From positions 62,001-126,000 of the forward strand of contig NOWV01000180.1 of assembly GCA_003344405.1 (NCBI GenBank): DNA of 64,000 nt. The letters are read 5' to 3'. The DNA is from Trichoplax sp. H2. Taxonomy: Eukaryota. Below the pieces are notes generated by a model. That model worked only from the letters and a program-made list of their open reading frames with translations. It was not told the origin of the DNA and ran no database searches. Made by a program: the position numbers and the translations under genes. Below, in pieces: positions 26,802 through 39,469 of this stretch (positions are counted from its first letter, which is position 1; each line of letters starts with the position of its first letter).

Positions 26802-29800
26802 ATGGATGCTCCGCTACTTAAAGAAAGAGAGAGGGCGACATTTAATGTTACTGAGCTGATCCATTTATTGAATGGAAGTGAGGAAGAAACCAAGAGACGC
26901 AAAGAATTAGGTAAAATTAACAATCCCTACCAAATTAAATAGCAGCTTGTTATCAAACTGTTGTGCAAATTGTTTATATCGCTTTTGATTCATCCCTTTA
27001 CTTGAAAGAGCTAGTAAGCTATACGTATATTATACGCATACGTATATTTAAATTATCCAATGAGCGAACGCTAATCGATTTGTCTTCAAATAAAATCTCT
27101 GCAATTCATGCATGACTTACGTGTTTAAGTACGGTAAAATATTCTTGTCCTATGCGTATCGAACAAAATGCTGTACGGTTATTGATAAATTCCGAATCCC
27201 GATGGAGTAATGTACTTGCAAGCTTGGAAAAGGAATCATTGCTATTACTATTACTTTACAAAACATGGTGCATACGATAGCACGTTTTATAATTTAAGTC
27301 ACTGGGCTCTAATCTCCGCGTATCTAATGGAAATCTATTAATAATAGCGCTCAATAATTATACAATTTATTCCGTTTAACTGGTTAGCCTGTAAATAAAA
27401 GTTAACCTTAATCAGATACACACGAATACGAAATCAAAATATTCATAGGTCCTTGTAATTATACGTTGAATTATAACTACGATATTTTGTATCTTATAGA
27501 GTCCATAGTATCGGTGCATTTTTATAACTGGTACATTATTATCTCCTTGTCTGTGTACTGAATAGTTATCTAGACTATCATACTTTGGTCAAGAGCTTCC
27601 TCGCGTTCGTTACTGTATCCTAGTTAGCTCTAAGGTCTCACGTATATCTCATTGATCTCACTGAAAGTCTATCTATCAAATCTCCATAAACATGCAAAAC
27701 TCCTTATACTACAGCTATACTAATATAGAAGCATAGACACTAAAAGTTAACAACTTTAACAACTTCTTCGATTACTGTATACGATCTCGTACAAATGTTA
27801 TTAAAATCAGCACATCTACACAAGATTATATCAACCTTTATATGTATTGTACAATGTACAGTATGCCATCTACTGTACTATACTGTATATATTATGATAA
27901 AGATTAGAGAGCATCATTGAGGAAAATTTTCGATGATGTGTAAAATGTATATTTACTAAGAGAGTGTATTAGAACTATAAAAACCCTTAAAATTACAACA
28001 TTATAATAATAAAAATAAGCCTGGATTTATTCACCGTGTCTTAGAATCTTGGTTGTATAATAATCCTGTATTCCGTCAAGATGACCGATATCAAATATCA
28101 AGAGAAGAAGTTTATGAACGTGGCTTGCAAAAAACGCGAGAGCTAGTCAATTTATGCAGACGGAAAAATATTAAGTTCGATAGCCTCGATTTTGCTCGTT
28201 TAAACATGTGAGTACAGTATTACCTTAAATTAACCATACTGTAGGGTTACAGCTGTATAATTGTTAATATATCTTGCCAATGCGTAAAAATCAATCCACA
28301 CTCAAACAATTGAACTTTTGTGCCTTTTCTGTTATCCTGCCTAGCTCTACTCTTGAAGAGTTGCCTTTCTTCTTGCATGTAATAATGTTCATACCAACGA
28401 TCAGGGTATAAACATTTTTTAAAAGTACCTTATTTTTTTCAATCAAAATTTTGTTACTATTTTGAAGTACTTGTTAAGTAACCTTTAAATTAATCACAAC
28501 ACAAATTATCCATGTACAATTGTACATGTATACTTCATTTGGATCTTTCAGGGCCAAGGAACAGAAGAACAAAAACGAAAATGGTTACCATTAGCTGAAG
28601 ACCTAAAAATTTTGGGAACATACGCACAAACTGAGTTAGGCCATGGTTAGAGCTAAAATTGCACAGATATTCGATTACCTAATGTTTTTAGTATAAACAT
28701 TTCATACCTGTAATTTTGCTTTATAGACTATGTGATTGTAGTTTCTATTGACATCCTCACATTTAACTGTAACTAACCAACTGTAATCATTAGGTACCTT
28801 TCTTCGCGGCTTGGAAACTAAAGCTACGTATGATGTATCTAGCCGAGAATTTATTGTAAACTCGCCTACAATAACTTCCATGAAATGGTGGCCAGGAGGA
28901 TGTACGTGTATAATGATGACCTCTAAATAGCGCATTTACGGTATAATGCGAGACATGATAACAATTATAATAGTATTTTACTATAATGACTGGAGAAATC
29001 TTGTTAAGTAGTACAATAAGACTAAAATCCACTGTCTTCAGATTGCTTTATATTTATTTATTATGTCATATATGTCTTTTTATTTTTATAGTGGGTAAAA
29101 CTTGTAATTATGCAGTAATTGCTGCTCAGTTATACACTAAGGGCAAATGTTATGGAATACATATGTTCATCGTGCAATTACGAAGTTTAGAAGATCATAA
29201 ACCTTTACCTGGTGTGACTATCGGTGACATTGGAAATAAGTATGGTTTCCATACAGTAGATAACGGCTTTCTTCGCCTAGATAATGTACGGATACCTTAT
29301 GAGAATATGCTAATGAGATACGCCAAGGCATGTATCACAATATTTTAAAGGCTCTATTGTATCATAATTCTTAAGTCAAAGTATATGCGTGTTCGTTAGC
29401 TGATTGTTAATCCATAATTGTATGGCCTTACTTTACAATTGCTGAAATTATAATGTGAAATTCATCGTAATGATTAAAGTTCTATTGCATCATTATACGC
29501 TAGGTAACTCCTCAAGGTGATTACATTCCTCCGGTAAATCCAAAAATTAATTATGGGACAATGACGTCAATCCGCGTTGATCTTGTAAAAGATGCATCCG
29601 TCATACTTGCAGCAGCTAGTACTATAGCTATTCGATATAGTGCTGTCAGGCATCAAACAGAAATCAGACCTGGGTAAAACTATAATAACTAATGTACACA
29701 CAATACAACAGCACTGAAAATTTTAAGAAAACAGTTGTACTTCAATTAACAGTAAAGAATAATTATATAATTGGCATATAACAATCTGTGCATTGTATTT

Positions 29801-32021
29801 CGCCTTCGACAATTATCGTAAAATTATCGCTAACGCATCGAATCAATTTTTCATAAATAGAGAAGAGCCTCCAGTTCTAGATTATATAACACAGCAATTT
29901 AAGCTCTTTCCTCAAATTGCCACTGCCATTGCTTTTCATTTTGCCGGAAATTATATGCATCGAATACATGATAAAGTTCAATCTGAAATTTTTGATGGGC
30001 ATCTCAGCGCCATAACGGAGGTATGCTAGACATGTAGATATTGTCAAACTAAAACTTCACTAATTTATGGTATTTAGTGATATTGTACCCTTGTGCTTTA
30101 TTATCAGGATTATATATCGAACTTATTATACTAATTAATTAATTTATCCTAACTTATTTTGTAGTTGCATGGGATTAGCGCTGGTCTTAAGGCCTTTACA
30201 ACCGATACTTCGATAGCAGGTGTTGAGATTTGTCGGCGTGCCTGTGGCGGTCATGGTTACTCCAATGCATCGGGCTTTCAACGCTTCTATGAAAATTGGC
30301 TAGGATCCGCAACGTACGAAGGTGAAAATACAGTCATGTATTTACAAGCTGCGAGGTGATTCTGACTCACGTGATAAAATATTATATTTAAATTAAGCAA
30401 ATCTAGTGTCAAACTTGACGTAGCAATAATATTCACTTAAGATCAATTATATGTGTATTTTAATTTGCGCATAGATACTTATTTAAATGCTATGATAACC
30501 CAAAAGAAGCCCCTGAAACAATGAGCTACCTTCGATACCCGCAAAATAAGATGGAATGGAACGTAAAATCAGCCGATGATGTTTCCAATTATGCGACACT
30601 GATAACTGCTTTTGAACAGAGAGCTCTAAGGTAACTCTTTAAAATATAGTCTATACCTGTACAAATCCGATAGTTTAGCGATGAGGTACTATATATGTGT
30701 AAGTTGCCGGCAATTTTACGAAACCAGTTATTTCATAAAGTGTCTTTGCAAGATAAAGGTTAATTAATTAATTTATTACTAATATGATAGTGAAAACTAA
30801 TAAACAAAAGCAATGATTTTAATATCTAATTAAGCGTTTCAATTATTCGATATACATTTATACTTCAGCAAAATTAGTGGTACTGCAAAAAAATTAAAAA
30901 ATCTAACGCACAATGGGATGAATAGGAATGATGCCTGGAATGCAGCTAGCGTGGACATTCTACACAGTATTAAGGTTTGATATAGTCATATAACTTTAGC
31001 TTCTGATATTGCTATTAACTCACCGGATATCATAATAAATCAAGAGAGCTAGATTTTACTGATAATTTTGTAAATATTTTAACCTCGTAATTGTTATTAT
31101 GTGTTCGTGCATTGTTTATTACACGGTATAATACAGTACGTTATCGATACACTGCAATGATTGCAGATATATTTAAGTGATTGCTCATTTTAATATTATT
31201 AGTTATTGTTTATTAATCTAAAATTTTAGGCCCACTGTCATTACTTTATCGTAAAAAATTATATGCAATCATTAAACCACTTAAAAATGAGTTCACCTCT
31301 ACGTCAAGTGATGACTGCAGTAGCTCTATTATATGCAAATTATGGAATTGACGAGCATGCTGGAGACTTTCTCGAGGTATGTGGATGATTTTCAGTTAAA
31401 AGACTAACTTAGATTTAGATAATTAGTTTTACTCATTACGTTTAAATTAATTTGAAAAAAATAATCGTTCTTCTATGCAGTGAAGAAATGCATAATTTAC
31501 AGGATGCATAATGAGAATACCCAGATTTTAGTTGATTTTATATCGGTGCCATTAATTATATATATATGTAGAGCGGGTTCATGAATGGTAAACAGATCAA
31601 TCTCGTAAGAGCTAAGATATTGCAGTTATTGAAGGAAATTCGAGTAAACGCTGTGGCTATTGTAGATTCATTTGATTTTGATGATCGTTTTCTACGATCA
31701 GCTCTTGGCGCTTATGACGGGAATGTGTATAATCGTTTATTTAAATGGGCTAAGCTATCACCCCTAAATAAAACAGAGGTAATACTTAAATATCTATGCA
31801 TTATTGAAGGAGAGGAATACAGTACTTAAACGTAGACTCTTCAAATTTACATATCAAGTGAATATATCAATATAAGGTTTCGTTCGTTAATGTATAGAAT
31901 TGCCTTATATCTTATTATTTACAATTGTCACTTTATTGTGGTTTATTGACTCGTGTAACATTTTCAACAGGTTCATTCAAGCTACAAATACTTACGACGT
32001 ATCCTGCAGAGTAAACTATAA
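26802..32021 (+). CDS. ACOX1: Peroxisomal acyl-CoA oxidase 1-like, paralog B (C-terminal PTS1 SKL)
   Basis: [75 protein letters not shown]...[29 protein letters not shown]; last exon [16 protein letters not shown] (31971-32021). Confidence 0.95.
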
Positions 32022-34368
32022 TTCTTGAAGTTAACTAAATTATTTTCATTGGTGTTAGTCCATGATGTAAAATGCTTTTCAGTATCCATTATTACACTCA
32101 ATAATGCTATCTTTTACGTTGCGATTAATATATAACATTGCGGTATAAATACTTCATACCGCTGCTACATTTTTATGTATTATCGTCAACGTCCCACAGT
32201 ATGTTAACTATACAAGGCTGATAGCCACTATATGATATATGATTTTATTCATGTATACGATATGGGCGCATTGTGCAGTAGACGGACCGTATTCTATAGG
32301 TAGTTAACAGTGTTTGCACTACGATCAATACAATATAGCTTGTCATGTTTCGTTATTTATAACATTTACAGTCTTGGTTATTCTCTAGCTTTATAATAAT
32401 ACGTTTGTGTACACTGTACAGTATATGCACTACAATAATTATAATCAGTTGAAGTCATATGCATATAATATGCCAGTGTGCAGTGATTCCATGATAACGG
32501 AGTAACTGATTCCCGGGGTTCTCCGTAACAATAAAATGCAAAGTAAAAGGTATAAGTACTGTTGGTATAGTATAAGACGCAAAGTATAGCGAGCGAGAGA
32601 TCGATTAGTCATTTACTGTTTATTACGTACATCAATTATTATGGTATATGTTATACTTACTGTAATTTTACAACCTTGTGCTCTGTATGTGTGCTATTTC
32701 CACAACTGTAAATACTACCGATTTCTTTCTCCGATTTTATTTATTGCAATAGTCGCAGAATTCGCATTTGCTGTCGTTACTTCACGACAGCTTACATGGC
32801 TCTACCGTAACTATCATATTGAATGCAGTTATGATGTATTACTCCAATAAAATGTCCATTTTCTACTAAAATCTTTGATGCAATTCTCTGAGGGGCAACT
32901 AAAGTCCGCTACCGCTACTTATCGAACCCTTTGTCATACGCATAGCTAGTAACAATTATGCGCATAATGTTTAATAACTGCAGTAAATGAAAAATGTAAC
33001 TGTCGATTCATCATACGTTAGGCATTAAAGCTCTCAGTAGTTGATCTTAGAACTTGTTCATTTGTCAATCACCTGTCGAGATGATTTAATTTTACACTAT
33101 TCGATGAGTATATTGACACGTTTGAGAATTATCAATTACAGTATATTATTTGCAAAGCTTTTGCATCGTCGTCGTACAGTATACGTATATATAATGTACA
33201 GTGTCTGTCAAGTTAGGATTTGATCAATCATGATGTTGTAATAGCTTAGCGTCAAGGTGGCATTGGTATGGTATGCTAGGCGATAGTTTATATAACGTTA
33301 CCATTAAAATCCACTTGATTCATGTCCACCTGCACATCTGCATGGTGAAGTACGACGGTTTGGCAGACGTTGAGAAAGTAAACTTAGCATTGATTACAGT
33401 ACGGACTGAATGCAGGTAATGTGCCCTTTGCTTACAGCTTTGCACCGAGGATATCGTACTGCATGCATAGTAGTGGTAGAATAGTAAGTAGATCGATTAG
33501 TACAGCATTTCAATTACATGAGATGATTTTGTATATGTATGTTATATATACTGTTAACCAATAAACAGTAGAGTAAAAATTTCATTCTAAATGACTGCAA
33601 TAGCAACCAATGAGCATCAAGCCAAGGTTGGCGTTGTCGATGACCTCTGCGATGACCTTTTCCAGGGTTAGGTTGGCGAGGTGATGACCTCCAGGCTTGA
33701 GTTAAGAATGTATAGAATATCTACTGTACTTAAAAGAGCGAAGGAACTCCTACTGTATTCCTTTTAAATTTCTAAAATACTGTAGTGTTGATCTTGATTA
33801 AGCATGATGATATCCTGTTGCTTAAGAATCGTACAGTATGTCGTCCTTATTGCTGCCTCAAGCCGTGTTATCCAACCATGATCCCCTTTTAACACTGTCC
33901 GTAGTTGTTGACCTTATTGCGGTTCAAGATTCTGTCATTGCGATAGTCATTTCTATGGAATACTACCTATCTAAAAATCGATTCTGCAATCGTGACCATT
34001 GCAGATCGTGACAGAGCTATACTAACTAGTATTGCATGGGTTGATGAGCTAAAGTAATACTGTATGTGAACAAGACAATCAACTTTTCACTGCACTGTAA
34101 GGACCCCATTGCAACCTTTCTATAAATTTGATTTAACGACCACTTTCATCTTAGTCATTCCATATTTTGAGTGATCAACCACACCATGGCAAGAACACAA
34201 TGACGCCAATGATGGAGTGAATCGTGTGTGAAGTCAAGCAAACATTTCAAGCATTCGTAGTCTCATTCCTCCTTTGAGGCAAAGGAGGTTGAACTAAGGT
34301 TGAACTCATCACCAGCCATGACGCGATGACCCCAGTTCTAAACAAACAATACAGTAGAAGAAAAGGTT

Positions 34369-34488
34369 CAGTACTGTACAGTACAGTACACTGTACACCA
34401 CAGTGTACTGTACTGTAGATTGTACAGTACAACAAAACAGTATGACTACAGTATGACTACCAGCGTACTGTACTGTACACTGTACTGT
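34369..34488. promoter_or_regulatory. (CAGTA/TACTG)-rich tract 120-240 bp upstream of the ACOX paralog C start
   Basis: cagtactgtacagtacagtacactgtacaccacagtgtactgtactgtag ... tactgtactgtacactgtactgt. The regulatory role is inferred from position. Confidence 0.55.
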
Positions 34489-34609
34489 GATCGCTGGTGA
34501 CATTAAACATACGCACGTAAACTATTGTGCAGTTCGTGTTGGAAGAGGACGCGTTCACTAACCAAATCCATTTCAAGCAGTGAAAAAAAAAATCATTTTA
34601 CTCTACAAA

Positions 34610-37600
34610 ATGAGCGAATCACTACAAACTGAAAGAAAGAATGCAACATTTAACATCAAAGAGCTCACTGATACCTTAAATGGTGGCCCAGAAGAAACGA
34701 GAAAGCGCAAACAAATTGGTTTGTACTCAAATTGAGTAGTTCAAAAATGGAAAATTTTGTTAGAAGAACGTCTTAACCCTACATACGAGTATGTACCCCA
34801 TAAGTACTGACGTCAGCTGCACAGCAACATCATCGATTTGCAGCAGTTCAATATGCCTTATTGTAGAGAAATTCAATTAGGGTGTTAGGATAAGCCATTC
34901 TGAAATAGACGATCTTTAATTATTGGCCACTTTAGTTGCTGTCATGACGATTGATCTCGATAGAGTACAGATCTTGTTTGCACAGCAAGCAGCGTTTTGC
35001 AACCAAGATGCAATCACTTTCGAAATTCAATAACTATATTTGGAATAGGAGTCCGCTATTGCAGTTGATATTCTATTATAAAAAAATACTATGCCAACCT
35101 GCAATAGGTATTATAAATTGCAAAGACTCGTTTGAACATTCTGATAAGTAGAAGCTATCCATGCTCATTGCTCAATTGCTCATGGTTTAGCTCTTGCCTA
35201 CTCCCTTCAGCCGCCTTTCTATCCTAGTTACAGTATCATACCATTTGTTACGTAATGTGAGTAAAAATTTGAGTACTGTAGTCTGTAGTGATGTCTAGGG
35301 ATAGAAAGTAGAAATATGAAAACTCACTTCAAGAGTTTGCTACTGCTTTGGTCCTATACCATCAGACCACCACTAACGTCGATATAAAATCGATAGTTTG
35401 TCTTCATTCACTTTCTTCGGTAAATAGTATGATGTTCAATATCTACTCCACTCTACCATGGACTACTAGAAGAAGACCTAGTAGTCCATGACTGTACTCA
35501 TACCTCGTTACGACCCTTTTCAATTTGGCCTTGAGACATGATCCTAATCAGTGCTCCATACAATCCCATCGTTGAAAAACGAGACGAAAATGCAGACATG
35601 TCACCTCATAGCATGTTCCATGAAGTAAAATATCCGCGTACTATCTCTTTTTTCTGTCTTTATGAATATATTAACTGTGCCTTTGCAGATAAATCTTATT
35701 TATATTTTTGTTATTATCCCAGCATGATCTCGTAAACGTAAAGCTTTTTCTTTGTACCTTTTGAAAGTAAGGATAGGAAATCCTTCTAGCATGTTAACCT
35801 AGTACTTGAGATTTCTAACTTTCGTTGTTATCTCTTAGAATCGTTGGTCTTTAATACTCCAGCCTTTCATCGACAGGATCGATTTCAGCTATCGCGTGAA
35901 GAGATCTATGATTATTCCATTAAGGTATATGGTGAATTAATCAAATTATGCAAAAAAGAGAACATCGAAATCCGCTATGATAATCCAGACTACGTTCGAT
36001 TAGTCGGGTAAGTGAGCAGCTCGTCTTTCAGTAGATACTACTGTAATATGGATTACATATTGAGAATTTTTAGACAAGTAGGTAATTGGTTAACTGATCG
36101 TTAACATGTAATAAAATTTTCTTCATGCAGTTGCATTCCAGAAGAAATACCTGTTGGCCTTCATGTAGGAATGTTCTCGTCTTCGATTTCGGTGAAAATT
36201 ATATACTGAATATACAGTATATAACTCTCATATGCAAGGATATAATCGCAAATTATCTCATTACTTATCTATTTATACATGTATAGGATCAAGGAACAGA
36301 GGAACAACAGAAAAAGTGGATACCTTTAGCCCGAAATTTTAAAATATTTGGAACTTATGCACAAACTGAATTAGCACATGGTAACTATTACCAGACTACA
36401 ATAATAGTTAGTAGTACATCTATTGCACATACAAGTTCGTGAAAGGCTAGCAAAAGTAATTCCGAAGAAAATGTTTATCCGTTCTAATTGTCTATAATAC
36501 GTGTTTACGCAAAGGTACCTTTGTTCGCGGCTTGGAAACTACCGCTACTTATGACGAATCGAAACAAGAGTTTATCTTAAATTCTCCTACTATAACTTCA
36601 ACCAAATGGTGGCCTGGATTTTGTTAGTTCAATTTATAGAAAAATTATAGAGTATATAGCCACTATAATGAAATGCTCATGTAGTACAAGATGTAATTGT
36701 TAATATATTAACAAAATACTTGAATTCTCGTCTCTTTGAAATAGACGAATTTAGTAGATCATTAAGCTACTTGTATGATAATTGATAACATTATCAATTT
36801 TGCTTACAGTGGGTCGAACCAGCAATCATGCAGTAATTGCTGCCCAATTATATACTAAGAGCAAGTGTTATGGAATCCACATGTTCATAGTTCAATTACG
36901 AGATCTAAAGGATCACAAACCATTGCCTGGAGTTACTATTGGTGATATCGGTGATAAATTTGGTTTTGATACCGTTGACAACGGTTTTCTTCGGCTTGAT
37001 AATGTTCACATTCCACGTGAAAATATGCTAATGAAATATGCAAAAGTAATCACCTATAAATAATAATTATGAATGATGCGTTATAATAAGTACTATCTAT
37101 TTAGGCAACTCGATTTAAATAGCCAATTTTTCTTTAGGTTACACCCGAAGGCAAATATTTGCCACCCACTAATGCAAAGGTTGCCTACAGTGCTATGACA
37201 CTAATCCGTGTTGTTCTCGTTAGAGGCTCAGCAAAGGCACTTGCATCTGCTAGTACTATAGCTATTCGATACAGTGCTGTAAGACACCAAACTGAAACTG
37301 CTCCTGGGTAAGACATGTCTTAATGTTGCTTTTATTACTAAAGTAATTTTTTTTCAATTCTGTAGGACAAGTATTTAAATTTAAATTTTATACAACTAAA
37401 ACTCTTAACTCATTAGTCTTTATATTTTAGTTATAATCGATACAACTATTGTTCTTTAACAGAAAAGAGCCTCAGGTCCTCGATTATGTAACGCAACAAT
37501 ATAAGTTATTTCCTCAGCTTGCTACAGCTCTCGCCTTTGGCTTTGCTGGAAACTACATGATTGACACATTTAACAAAATACATTCAGAAATATCAAGTGG

Positions 37601-39469
37601 ACAACTTGATGCTTTATCCGAAGTATGGAGTTAGCTACAGACATCATCTAAATTGACTCATTATATATATATATATATATTATATTATAATTCATGCTGT
37701 GGTTCATATTCTTCATGTAATTTAATCTTATCCACAAGCAATTCTTAAGCACCAATTCTTTTACTATATAGCTGCATGGTATCAGCTCTGGTTTAAAAGC
37801 GTATACCACTGATACAGCAACGGCTGGTATTGAGGTTTGTCGTCGTGCTTGCGGTGGTCATGGATACTCAAATGCATGTGGCATTCAACATATCTACGCT
37901 AATGTGCTACCTTGCGTAACACTGGAAGGCGAAAATACAGTAATGTACTTGCAAGCAGCCAGGTAAAGAACTATTTATTGCAATATATTTCCGCATTTTG
38001 GAATATTTTAAATCTATCTGCTTGCTAACGACATTTATGTTATATTACTGCTGAATCGACTACTAGGTACTTGCTAAAATGTTTCCGCAATCCTGACAAA
38101 GCTCCAGATACAATGAATTATCTACGAAACCCACAAGTATCAGACAAGTGGAAAGTACAGTCACTGCAAGATCTATCCAATTACGATATGTTAATAACTG
38201 CTTTCGAACGTAGAGCGTTGAGGTGCTTAGTCTGATATACGACGTATATGATTTAAACATCTCAATCATATTATAAAACATTATTTATTGTATCATATAG
38301 ATAATTATAGTAGATTGATACCAAAATGGAGATATTTAATAGTTGCTTATAGAAATATAATTGACATTGTATCTTACTCAGTCCATAAAATTATTATGAT
38401 CTGCATAAAGTGTAACGCTCTAAAAGCTGTTATTCCGCTTTCGATTTATCATTAGTAAAGTTATCAGCACGATTAAGAGACTAGAACAACTTCGTCGTAG
38501 TGGGATGGACCAAGATGAAGCGTGGAATACAGCAGGAATAGAACTTGTTCAAGCTGCTAAGGTCGATAGTTACTATATGATCATATTTATACTTTGTGCC
38601 TATATAATTACCTTGGAATGTATTGACTAGTACAGCATTTCGTGTCTTAAATATACCATGAAAGAATTGAAAAAACTTGTAAATTATCTTACAATTGATC
38701 GTTGTAATTTATTGTTAGTACTATGCAATAAGGCTATCATTGATTTCATTCTTTCATATTTATGAATTAAAAATAGTTCTAAGCATAATATTAATTGACA
38801 CTACTTTAGGCGCATTGTCACTATTTTATTGTAAAAAATTATTTACGATCATTGGAGAAATTGAATATGACTCCATCTCTACGTAAAGTGATGAATTCAA
38901 TCGCTCTATTGTATGGAAACTATGGCATAGATGAAAATGCTGGAGACTTTCTGGAAGTACGTAATATTTGGAGTCTAATCCTTTGCGAATGTTTCATTGT
39001 AATACTATAATAGTAGATCTATCAGGGCTATCTTAACCACTTAATGCAACATTAAAATACAAGCGACCATTTTTAATAATTGACATTTTAATTAATATCT
39101 CTAGAGCGGATTTATGACTGGCGAACAACTCAATCTTGTAAAAGCTAAAATTTTGCAATTGCTATCGGAGGTCCGACGTAATGCCGTGGCAGTAGTAGAT
39201 GCATTCGATTTCGATGATAAGTATTTACGCTCAATTCTTGGCGCCTATGATGGAGATGTATACAACCGCTTATACAATTGGGCTAAATCATCACCGTTAA
39301 ATAAAACAGAGGTAGTATTTTACTAGTATGAAATTCATAAGGAGTAAATTTCTATAATGAATCATTAGAACAATTTTCAAATTTCATCAATTGAAAAGAT
39401 CTTTCTCTAAATCAGGTCCATTCCAGTTATACCGAGTATCTGCAACAACTGTTGAAAAGCAAACTCTAA
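34610..39469 (+). CDS. ACOX1: Peroxisomal acyl-CoA oxidase 1-like, paralog C (C-terminal PTS1 SKL)
   Basis: [73 protein letters not shown]...[30 protein letters not shown]; last exon [17 protein letters not shown] (39416-39469). Confidence 0.95.
35457..35490. mobile_element. 34-bp inverted-repeat mini-element of the CATGGACTACTAG family with a 7-bp TSD-like flank
   Basis: catggactactagaagaag-ac-ctagtagtccatg, flanked by actctac / actgtac (6/7 match); lies in intron 1 of ACOX paralog C. Confidence 0.65.
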
